A stretch of 64,000 bases of DNA, taken from contig CAVSGO010000007.1 in NCBI GenBank assembly GCA_963727525.1, forward strand, positions 1,344,001-1,408,000, read 5' to 3'. This stretch comes from an uncultured bacterium (GTDB lineage Bacteria > Krumholzibacteriota > Krumholzibacteriia > LZORAL124-64-63). This document shows, one piece after another, positions 15,813 to 24,564 of this stretch (position 1 is the stretch's first letter; every line of letters begins with the position of its first letter). The notes below the pieces were generated by a model that ran no database searches, had not been told where the DNA came from, and worked only from the letters and a program-made list of their open reading frames with translations. The translations under genes and the position numbers were made by a program.

Positions 15813-17615
15813 ATGGGCCAGACCCTCATCGAGAAGATCATCGCGCGCCACACCGACCAGCCCGTGCGCCCCGGCGCAATCGTCGATGTCGCGATCGACT
15901 TGCGCGCCGCCCGGGACTTCGGCGGCGCCAACGTCGTGAAGAACCTGCAACGCGCAGGCCTCAGTGTGGCCGACCCACGCCGCACGCTCTTCTCCTTTGA
16001 CTGCAATCCCGGGGGGAGCGACCAGGGCTACGCCGCCAATCAGCACCTCTGCCGCACCTTCGCGCGCGAGACCGGTGTGATCCTGCGCGACGTCACCCAG
16101 GGCATCGGCACACATGTCGCCATCGAGGAAGGACTGGTGGGCCCCGGCAAGACCTTCGTCTCCACCGACAGCCACGCCAATATCATGGGCGCTGTGGGCG
16201 CCTTCGGGCAAGGCATGGGCGATCAGGACATCGCCGCGGCGTGGGCCCACGGCAAGGTGTGGTTCAAGGTGCCGCCCACGGTGAGGGTGGTGCTCCAGGG
16301 CAAGCCCGGTCCGTACGCCACGGCCAAGGACATCGCCCTGGCCATGGCGCAGCATCTCGGCGCCGACGGGTTGCTGGGCTGCGCCGCCGAGATCGAGGGC
16401 GACATCGTGGATACCCTCGACGTGGCCGACCGCATCACCATCGCCTCCATGGCCACCGAGATGGGCGGAATCACGATCCTCTTCGCACCGAACCAGGCGG
16501 TCCTCGACTTCTGCCGCGCCGCCAGCGGCCACCCCTGGGAGCCCCTCGCCGCGAGCCGCAGCGCCACCTATCGGGACACGATCACCATCGACATCGCCGG
16601 CCTCGGCCCGATGATCGCGCGGCCCGGTCATCCGGAGGACGTGGTGCCGGTGGCGGAGGTGACGGGGCGTCCCGTCGATTCCGTCTTCCTCGGCAGCTGC
16701 ACCAACGGACGGCTCGAGGACCTGCGCATCGCCGCCGCCGTACTGCGCGGCCAGCGCGTGGCCCCCCACGTGGTGCTGAAGGTGGTGCCGGCCACCCGCC
16801 AGGTGTGGGAGCAGGCCCTGGCCGAGGGGCTCATCGGCGAACTCATGGAGGCCGGCGCCCTCGTCGGCAATGCCGGCTGCGCTGGTTGCGCCGCCGGTCA
16901 GATCGGCCAGAACGGGCCCGGCGAGGTCACTGTCAGCAGCGGCAATCGCAACTTCGCGGGCAAGCAGGGCAAAGGCGAGGTGTACCTGGCCAGTCCCGCC
17001 ACCTGCGCCGCCTCCGCCCTGGCGGGCGTGATCACGAGCATGGATGCGGCCGACCACCAGACAGCCGTCGCGCCCCGACCTGCCGCCGTAATCGACCCGC
17101 CCGTGGCGGCCGCCGCACCCGCGGCCCGCTCCGTGCGCCCCACGCAGTTGCACGGCCGCGCCTGGCTCGTCGATGTCGACAACGTCGATACCGACATGAT
17201 CTTCCACAACCGGCACCTCGCGATCACCGACTGCGGTCAGATGGGCCCACACGCGTTCGGCAACCTGACCGGCTGGGAGGATTTCCCGCAGAAGGTACAA
17301 CCCGGCGACATCGTGATCACGGGCAGCAATTTCGGTTGCGGCAGCTCCCGGCAGCAGGCGGTGGATTGCTTCTGCGCCCTCGGCGTGGCGGCCCTCGTGG
17401 CGCGCAGCTACGGCGCCATCTACGAGCGTAATGCGATCAATGCCGGCCTGCCCGTGCTGGTGGCCGACCTGCGTTCCGCCGGTCTGGCGAACGGCCAGGA
17501 GATCGCGATCGATCTCGCGGATGGAACGATCAGCTGGGACGGTGGCACCATGCTGACCGAACCCTTCAGCAAGGTGCAGATGGACATCTACCAGCGGGGC
17601 GGATTGCTGGTTTGA
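15813..17615 (+). CDS. Fused LeuC/LeuD (isopropylmalate dehydratase/homoaconitase-type) [4Fe-4S] hydro-lyase
   Basis: DSH, GSCTNGR, CAGC, NRNF in the large-subunit part; DNVDTDMI, NFGCGSSR, YERNAINAGLP in the small-subunit part. Confidence 0.93.
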   Translation: MGQTLIEKIIARHTDQPVRPGAIVDVAIDLRAARDFGGANVVKNLQRAGLSVADPRRTLFSFDCNPGGSDQGYAANQHLCRTFARETGVILRDVTQGIGTHVAIEEGLVGPGKTFVSTDSHANIMGAVGAFGQGMGDQDIAAAWAHGKVWFKVPPTVRVVLQGKPGPYATAKDIALAMAQHLGADGLLGCAAEIEGDIVDTLDVADRITIASMATEMGGITILFAPNQAVLDFCRAASGHPWEPLAASRSATYRDTITIDIAGLGPMIARPGHPEDVVPVAEVTGRPVDSVFLGSCTNGRLEDLRIAAAVLRGQRVAPHVVLKVVPATRQVWEQALAEGLIGELMEAGALVGNAGCAGCAAGQIGQNGPGEVTVSSGNRNFAGKQGKGEVYLASPATCAASALAGVITSMDAADHQTAVAPRPAAVIDPPVAAAAPAARSVRPTQLHGRAWLVDVDNVDTDMIFHNRHLAITDCGQMGPHAFGNLTGWEDFPQKVQPGDIVITGSNFGCGSSRQQAVDCFCALGVAALVARSYGAIYERNAINAGLPVLVADLRSAGLANGQEIAIDLADGTISWDGGTMLTEPFSKVQMDIYQRGGLLV

Positions 17616-17628
17616 AGCGCGGGCCGAT

Positions 17629-20364
17629 TCACGCCGACGGCGGCGCGCTCTCGATCGCGCTCCGTACCTTGCGGGCCAGCTCGGCGCGCGAAAACGGTTT
17701 CGGGAGAAAGTTGACGCCGTCGTCGAGCACGCCGCGGTGGGCGATGACGTTGGGCGTATAGCCCGACATGAACAGCGTCCGTACCCGCGGGTGTTGCGCC
17801 TCGAGCCTCCTCGCAAGCTCGCGCCCGTTCATATCCGGCATGACGACGTCGGTGATCAGCAGATCGATCGCGCCGTCCTGGTGCGCCGCCACCGTCAGTG
17901 CCTCGCCCGGCGTGCTGGCGGTGATCACGACGTACCCGAGTCCTTCCAGCATCACAGCGCCGAGCGCGAGGATCGATGGCTCGTCTTCCACGAGCAGGAT
18001 CGTCTCGCCGTGGCCGACCGGGGGTGCCTCGTCGACGACGACGTCCGCGTCCGTGACCGCCCCGCGGTGTCGACGCAGATAGATGCGAAACGTCGTGCCG
18101 TTATCGGGCTCGCTGTAGACGTTGATGAAACCATCGTTCTGCTTCACGATGCCGTATACCGTCGAGAGACCGAGACCGGTGCCTTCCCCCAGCATCTGGG
18201 TGGTGAAGAAGGGCTCGAAGATGCGCCCCTGCACCTCGCGCGTCATGCCGCAACCGTCGTCGCTCACGGTGAGCACGGCATACTGGCCGGGCACGAAACC
18301 GATATGGTCGTCGCAGTAGTCCTGGTCGAGCTCGACGTTCGCCGTCTCGATGGTGATCTTGCCGACGCCCTCGATGGCATTGCGCGCGTTGACGCAGAGG
18401 TTGGCCAGGACCTGGTCGAGCTGCGACGGATCCAGCTTCACCGGCCATACATCGTTGCCGGGCAGCCACGCCAGGTTGATGTCCTCGCCGATCAGGCGTT
18501 TCAGCATGGACAGCAGGTTGCTCACGCTCGCGTCGAGATCGATCACCCGCGGCGCGATGGTCTGCTTGCGCGCAAAGGCCAGGAGCTGGCGAGTGATATC
18601 CGCCGTGCGGAGCCCCGCGTTCAGGATGGCCTCGAGGTCGGCCCGCAACGGATCGCCGGCCGGTACCTGCGCCAGGGCCAGCTCCGCATAGCCGTTGATC
18701 ACGCTGAGCATGTTGTTGAAGTCGTGGGCCACGCCGCCGGCCAGGGTACCCACCGTCTCCATCTTCTGCGCCTGCAGGAGCTGCTGGCGCAGGCCCTCGC
18801 GCTCCGCTTCGGCCTGCTTCTGCTCGGTGATGTCGTGCACGATGGAGTGCACGTACGAGCGCCCCTCCATCTCGATGACCGTGGAGTCCACCACGACGTC
18901 GCGCAGCGCACCGTCGGCCTTGAGGTGCTGCACCTCGAAACGCGAGGCCTCGCCGCTCTCCAGCTGGCTGATCGCCTCCTGCAGTCGTTCGGGCGCCATG
19001 GGATTGATATCGCGCACGTGCATCGTCACGAGTGTCTCGACCGGCCAGCCATAGTATGCGGCCGCCGCCGCGTTCGCGTCGACGATGGCGCCGTCCTGCG
19101 GATCGAAGATCAGCTTCACCGCGCTATGTTTCTCGAACATGTCGCGGAATTTCTGGGCGTCTTCCTGGGCCGCCTGGGCCGCCAGTTTCTGCGCGGTGAT
19201 GACCTCCGAGAAAATGATGATACCCCCCACCTCCCCCGAGGGTTCATACCACGGGCGAATCTCCCAGCGGACCCAGTCGACCGAGCCGTCCGCGCGCGGG
19301 AACGGATCCTCCTCGCTCCGCTCGGTGGCGCCGGCAAGGCAACGCCGGTGGATCTCCTTCCATCTGTCGGTTATCTCGGGAAACACGTCGTAGTGCGAAC
19401 GGCCGATGATGGCACGATCCTCGATGCCGTAGTCCTTCGCGAAACGCCGGCTCGCCGCGATGTAGTGCATTTGCGTGTCGAACATCGCGATGGCCGCTGG
19501 CGCATGCTCGACGAAGAGGCCGAGGATGCGCTCGCTGTGCTCGACTTCCGCCTCGATGCGTCGGCGCGTCGTCACGTCGGTGAAGATGATGAAATCCATC
19601 CCGTCGGCCGACGACTGGCGGAACTCGATGTCGCGGACGGTGCCGTCCTTGCAGGTGACGGCATAGACCAAGGGCTCGGCGATGCCGCCAGTGGCCCTGG
19701 ACCGCGCAACCACCTCGTCCCAGCGACGCCGCGCCACTTCGCGGTACGGAGGGTCGGGGTAGGCCAGCTCCCACCATTCGGCGATCGATGGGATCTCGGC
19801 CAGCGTGTAGCCGAAGAATTCGGTGAAGCGCGGACTGACGTAGAGGACCTGCCCTTGCCCATCGGTGATGGCGATGGCAAGCGGCGCCGACGCGGCGAAC
19901 GCGCGGAAACGCGCCTCGCTGCGTCGCAGCGCCGCCTCCACCTCGCGTCGCTCGGAAATGTTGCGCACGAAGACCAGCGCCCCCTGCTCGCCCTGGTACG
20001 TGATCGGTTCGCCCCGGGTCTCCACCCAGACCTCGCCGCCGTCGGGGCGCAAAAAGCGAATCTCGCGCAATTCGGTGATGGAAGTGCGTTCCTCGTTGAG
20101 CAGCCGGATCCGTTGAGCGGCGGCGGCGCGGTCGTCCGGATGGATGCGCTCGAGAACGGCTGTGCCGACCAGTCGCGCCGGCTCCGCCAGTCCGAAGAGA
20201 CGGCAGCAGGCGGAGTTCATGTAGGCGAAGAGTCCGCGCGTCTGGATGAAGATGGGGTCGGGCGCGCTTTCCACCATACTCTGGAAGCGGCGCTCGGACT
20301 CGCCCGCACCGGACGGCTGACCGGCGCCCTCCCAAGGTCGATCATAAAAGGTATCACGTACCAT
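17629..20364 (-). CDS. Multi-PAS hybrid histidine kinase (CckA-like) with C-terminal REC domain
   Basis: Four PAS repeats, LAGGVAHDFNN, FEPFFTT, GTGLGLS, LITDVVMP. Confidence 0.93.
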   Translation of the reverse strand: MVRDTFYDRPWEGAGQPSGAGESERRFQSMVESAPDPIFIQTRGLFAYMNSACCRLFGLAEPARLVGTAVLERIHPDDRAAAAQRIRLLNEERTSITELREIRFLRPDGGEVWVETRGEPITYQGEQGALVFVRNISERREVEAALRRSEARFRAFAASAPLAIAITDGQGQVLYVSPRFTEFFGYTLAEIPSIAEWWELAYPDPPYREVARRRWDEVVARSRATGGIAEPLVYAVTCKDGTVRDIEFRQSSADGMDFIIFTDVTTRRRIEAEVEHSERILGLFVEHAPAAIAMFDTQMHYIAASRRFAKDYGIEDRAIIGRSHYDVFPEITDRWKEIHRRCLAGATERSEEDPFPRADGSVDWVRWEIRPWYEPSGEVGGIIIFSEVITAQKLAAQAAQEDAQKFRDMFEKHSAVKLIFDPQDGAIVDANAAAAAYYGWPVETLVTMHVRDINPMAPERLQEAISQLESGEASRFEVQHLKADGALRDVVVDSTVIEMEGRSYVHSIVHDITEQKQAEAEREGLRQQLLQAQKMETVGTLAGGVAHDFNNMLSVINGYAELALAQVPAGDPLRADLEAILNAGLRTADITRQLLAFARKQTIAPRVIDLDASVSNLLSMLKRLIGEDINLAWLPGNDVWPVKLDPSQLDQVLANLCVNARNAIEGVGKITIETANVELDQDYCDDHIGFVPGQYAVLTVSDDGCGMTREVQGRIFEPFFTTQMLGEGTGLGLSTVYGIVKQNDGFINVYSEPDNGTTFRIYLRRHRGAVTDADVVVDEAPPVGHGETILLVEDEPSILALGAVMLEGLGYVVITASTPGEALTVAAHQDGAIDLLITDVVMPDMNGRELARRLEAQHPRVRTLFMSGYTPNVIAHRGVLDDGVNFLPKPFSRAELARKVRSAIESAPPSA

Positions 20365-20560
20365 ATTGTCCGGAGCCCCTCGAGTCTTGCGACAAGCTAG
20401 CACCGACGGCGCGGTCGTGACACCAGAAATCCCCGGTGCGCGCCTCGCAGCGCCCGATCGTCCGCTATCGGCCCGGGATCCTCGCTCTCGACAGACACAC
20501 CGCCACTCCCTATGCTCGCCGGGAACCGCCGGCGCGCCTCGCAGCCGAAAGGACCGGCCC

Positions 20561-22321
20561 ATGCCGTGGCTGATCGTCGCGATCCTCGGCCTCTTCTACC
20601 TGGTCGGGCTCCCCCTGGTCATCTTCCAGGTGATCCTGTTAAGACGGCGGGTGCGCGATCTGGAGCAGCGCCTCGCCTTGCGCGGTCCGCTGGCCGCCCC
20701 GCTACCCGCATCGCCCGGCCCCGCGTCCGCTGGCTCACCGGGCACGGTGGCCCGCCCGCCGCGCGCGGACGCCGGGGGTCTCGAGACGCTGGTGGGCGCG
20801 CGGGGACTCACCTGGGTGGGCGTGCTCGCCATCTTCTTCGGCACCGCGTACTTCGTGGCCCTCGATCTCACGGGCAGCCCGCTGTCCGGTGTGGTGCAGG
20901 TGCTGGTCGAACTCGCGGTGGCGTTGCTCTTCGTGCTCGCCGGTCGCTGGTTCTCCGGACGGGCCGGGCGTTTCCTCGGTCTGAGCCTGCTCGGCGGCGG
21001 CCTGGCGCTCCTCGACCTGGGCGCCTACGGCGCGTACGGTTTCCACCATCTGATCGGCGCCGCGACGGTATACCCCTTTCTCGCCGCGATCGCCGTGCTG
21101 GGTGCGCTGCTCGCCCTGCGGCAGAATGCGGCGGTGATCGCCGCACTCACGCTGGCGGGGGCGCTCCTCGCCCCGCTTATCCTGTCCGTACGGGGCGACC
21201 CGGCCGCGGCGCTCTTTCCCTACCTCGCGGCCGTGAACCTGGGTACCGTGCTGGTGGGGCGCCGCACGGGCTGGGCGGGTCTGCCCCTGGCCGCCTTCTC
21301 CGGCAGTGCGATCCTGCTGGTTGCCTGGGCCGATGCTCACTACGGGCCGGAGCAGCGCCTCGCATTGCTCAGCGTGGCGAGCTGGCTCTGGCTGCTCTAC
21401 GCGATCACCCCCTTGCTCGGCGAAGCGGAGCCGGGCTTCTGGAGCGTGGCGCGCGGTATCGTGGTGCTGGTCGACGGCCTTGCCTTCGCCGGCACGCTCT
21501 GGTTCCTGCTCGGGCCCGAACTGACCGGGCTGCGCGGCGCGACGCTCGCCGGGCTGTCTCTCATCTACGTCGCGAGCGAGCACCTGGCGCGACGACACCT
21601 GCCTGCCAGCCTCGGGCTGGAGCTGACGCGCGTGGCGGGCGTGGCGATCGCGGCGCTCGCCGTACCGGCGCAACTCGACCGCGGCTGGGTGACGCTCGGC
21701 TGGACGGTGCTGGCCGCCGTGCTGTTCTGGACCGATCGCCGCGGTACGAGCGCATGGTACCTTCCGCTCGCGTGCGGCGCTGTCCTCCTGGCACTGGGCA
21801 AGACCGTCACCGTGGATACGGCGGCGCTGTTCGCGGGGAGCGATCGCCCGGACGCCGTGATGAACGGCGGTTTCCTGGCCGGCCTCGCTATCGTGGCGCT
21901 CATGCTGCTCGTGTGCGTCGTGTACGGACGCCGGCCCCGGGACGCACGCGACCGGACGCTGAGCACGCTCGTCCTGGTCGTCGCTCTGGTGCTGCTCCTG
22001 TGGAAGATCACCTTCGAGATGGCCCTCTACTTCGACATCCGCCATGACGTCATGGGCACCGACCAGAACAAGAGACTGCTGCTGTCCTGGTCGCTGGTCT
22101 GGGCGCTCTACGCCTTCGCCGTGACGGCGTGCGGCCTGATCTGGCGCCGCGCCGCGCTGCGCACGCTCGGTCTGGTGTTCGCGGGGATGCTCGTCGTGAA
22201 GGTGTTCCTCATCGATCTACAAGCCCTCGAGCGCGGGTACCGGATCGCCTCGCTCGTGGGCGTGGGCGTGCTGATGCTGGTGGTCTCGATGCTCTTCCAG
22301 CGGCGTCGGGGGTCGGCATGA
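20561..22321 (+). CDS. DUF2339-like polytopic membrane protein
   Basis: LETLVGARGLTWVG, many TM helices, C-terminal KVFLIDL..L...YRIAS. Confidence 0.8.
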   Translation: MPWLIVAILGLFYLVGLPLVIFQVILLRRRVRDLEQRLALRGPLAAPLPASPGPASAGSPGTVARPPRADAGGLETLVGARGLTWVGVLAIFFGTAYFVALDLTGSPLSGVVQVLVELAVALLFVLAGRWFSGRAGRFLGLSLLGGGLALLDLGAYGAYGFHHLIGAATVYPFLAAIAVLGALLALRQNAAVIAALTLAGALLAPLILSVRGDPAAALFPYLAAVNLGTVLVGRRTGWAGLPLAAFSGSAILLVAWADAHYGPEQRLALLSVASWLWLLYAITPLLGEAEPGFWSVARGIVVLVDGLAFAGTLWFLLGPELTGLRGATLAGLSLIYVASEHLARRHLPASLGLELTRVAGVAIAALAVPAQLDRGWVTLGWTVLAAVLFWTDRRGTSAWYLPLACGAVLLALGKTVTVDTAALFAGSDRPDAVMNGGFLAGLAIVALMLLVCVVYGRRPRDARDRTLSTLVLVVALVLLLWKITFEMALYFDIRHDVMGTDQNKRLLLSWSLVWALYAFAVTACGLIWRRAALRTLGLVFAGMLVVKVFLIDLQALERGYRIASLVGVGVLMLVVSMLFQRRRGSA

Positions 22322-23616
22322 GGCGCGCTCCCGACCCGCGCCTCTGGCTGCTCGCCGTCGTGATCGGAATGCTGGGAAGCGTGCGCACCCACGCAGCCGT
22401 CCCGGACGCGGTGCGGGGCATGCCGTGGCGCCGCGAGGTGATCGTTCCGCGGATCGCGCCGGGCGACACGGCGGACACCTGGTACCTCATCGAGGCCGAT
22501 TCCCTCCTGGCGGCGGTCACGGACGGCGACCTCGCGAAGGTGCGCCTTGTGGATACCGACGGCGAACCGGTTCCGACCTCCTATCTCGAGCCGACATGGC
22601 CGGAGCTGCGCAGTGTCCCGGTGGCCACGGCCGCCCTGACGTGGCAACCGTCGCCCGGCACGCCGGGCCTGTTCTCGACCGTCGTGGCACTCCCCGCCGG
22701 CGACCACGTGGCCGTGGCCTGGGATGCGAACGACGTGCGCGACGTCCATCTGAGCGGCCGGGCTGTCCGGCCGGCACGCCCGGGCCATCCCCTGGATCCC
22801 TTCGGTGCGCTGTGGACGGATGAGGAGTTGCCGCGGCCATGGCCCGCTGGCGGCCAGCGCGTATGGACCTATCGCGAAGCCGACACGACGACCGCCATCC
22901 TCAGCGTGCGGGTACCGGACGGCCACGCACCGCCGGCCGTGGTCATCCGTCGCCTGCGGGAACGGACCGAACGCCTGCGGGCCGTGTCGTTCGCGCCGCC
23001 CGAGGTGACCTATCAGGGTACCCGCTTCACGGCGAGCGTGCTGCTGGCCAACGGCCCCCGGGCCGTGGCTCGGCTGGTGGTCGAACGGGCCCCGAACGCC
23101 CGCAGCGGACTCGTTGCGGTGGAGCTGCGCGGCCCGGATGGCACGTGGCGGCGGGTCGCGGCCGATCGCGGTACGGATGTCCGCCCGGAGGTCGCGGCCG
23201 CGAAGGCGCGAGCCGAGACGCTTCTCGTGCGCCCACAGCCACGCCTGGCGACGGCGGTGCGTCTGAGCTACGCCCACGCCGAACCGCCCAATCCTCCGTT
23301 CACGCTGCGCGAGATCAGCGAGGTGCCGCCGGCCCTCGCCTTCGCACCGGGCGCGCGAACCCAGGTCTGGCTGGCATACGGCGCGTTCGCCGCCGTGGGC
23401 GCGCCAGGCATCGCCCCGGCCATGCTGCGTACCACGGCTCGGCTGGTGCCGGTGGTCCTCGGTCCCGCGACGGCGAACCCATGGTTCCGCGAGCGAACAC
23501 TCGGGGCAACCTGGCTGCAGCGGCGCCCGGCCGTGCTGACGGTGGCCATGGTCGCGATCCTGGCGGTCGTGGCGTTGCTGCTGGTGAAACCGGCGCCGCG
23601 AGAGCCGCGCCGCTGA
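22318..23616 (+). CDS. Exported protein with C-terminal membrane anchor (DUF3999-like partner of DUF2339)
   Basis: ATGA overlap; signal peptide, DL..VRL.D..GEPVP, LAYG, NP.F then a TM tail. Confidence 0.6.
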   Translation: MRRAPDPRLWLLAVVIGMLGSVRTHAAVPDAVRGMPWRREVIVPRIAPGDTADTWYLIEADSLLAAVTDGDLAKVRLVDTDGEPVPTSYLEPTWPELRSVPVATAALTWQPSPGTPGLFSTVVALPAGDHVAVAWDANDVRDVHLSGRAVRPARPGHPLDPFGALWTDEELPRPWPAGGQRVWTYREADTTTAILSVRVPDGHAPPAVVIRRLRERTERLRAVSFAPPEVTYQGTRFTASVLLANGPRAVARLVVERAPNARSGLVAVELRGPDGTWRRVAADRGTDVRPEVAAAKARAETLLVRPQPRLATAVRLSYAHAEPPNPPFTLREISEVPPALAFAPGARTQVWLAYGAFAAVGAPGIAPAMLRTTARLVPVVLGPATANPWFRERTLGATWLQRRPAVLTVAMVAILAVVALLLVKPAPREPRR

Positions 23617-23618
23617 GA

Positions 23619-24464
23619 TCAGCCGGTGGCTTCCGACAGGCCCACGAGCTGCAGGCTGAGCATGCGCAGCTTGCGACGCGCCTGGCGATCATAGACCTGC
23701 GGATGGGCCCGCGCGCGTTGCTTGCCGTCGTAGTATTCCCCCGACTCGCCTTCCACGTCCGGCGACGCCGCAAGGTACAGCACGGAATAGGCGCCATCGT
23801 CGACACTCGTGAGCGGCTCGGCGAAGTAGTCGGTGTCGCGCACCATGCGCGTGTCCATGAGCGACGCCGGATGCAGGGCGTTGACGGTGACTCTCGTCCC
23901 GCGCAGCTTGTCCGCGAGGTCGAAGGTGAACATCACCTGCGCGAGCTTGCTCTGCCGGTACGCGCGCAGGCCATCGTACGCCTTCTCCAGCATCACATCA
24001 TCGAAATCGAGCGGCTGCTGTCCCACCGACGCCACGTTTACCACCCGCGCCGGCGCCGACCGGCGCAGCAAGGGCACGAGCTGATACGTCAGCAGGAACG
24101 GCGCCAGGTAGTTGACGGCGAAGCGAAGCTCGTGACCATCGACGCTCATCTCGCGCGGCTGGTCGCGGTAGCCGCCCCCGATGCCCGCGTTGTTCACCAG
24201 CAGGTCGAGCTGATCGTGCGTGGCGGTCACCGCACTGGCGAGGCGGCGCACCTCGGCCAGCGACGCGAAGTCGGCGCTGTAGTAGCGAAGATTCGCGTTA
24301 CCGGTCTGTTCCTGGATCTCCGCGATCGCGGCGGCGCCCTTCGTCCGATCACGGCCGTGCAGGAGCACCGTCGCCCCCTGGGTGGCCAGGTCGCGCGCAA
24401 TGCGCTTGCCCAGACCATCCGTCGCCCCGGTCACGAGAACAACCTGTTCGCAGATGGGTCGCAT
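23619..24464 (-). CDS. Short-chain dehydrogenase/reductase
   Basis: TGATDGLG, NNAG, YRQSK. Confidence 0.95.
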   Translation of the reverse strand: MRPICEQVVLVTGATDGLGKRIARDLATQGATVLLHGRDRTKGAAAIAEIQEQTGNANLRYYSADFASLAEVRRLASAVTATHDQLDLLVNNAGIGGGYRDQPREMSVDGHELRFAVNYLAPFLLTYQLVPLLRRSAPARVVNVASVGQQPLDFDDVMLEKAYDGLRAYRQSKLAQVMFTFDLADKLRGTRVTVNALHPASLMDTRMVRDTDYFAEPLTSVDDGAYSVLYLAASPDVEGESGEYYDGKQRARAHPQVYDRQARRKLRMLSLQLVGLSEATG

Positions 24465-24564
24465 GGGATCACCTCACCGGCAGTATCGCGCGGTGCGGCG
24501 TCACTCGCCAGCGCCCGGCCGCGCCTGGTGGTGAACATCCCGGTTCAGTGGTAAACATTCCGGT

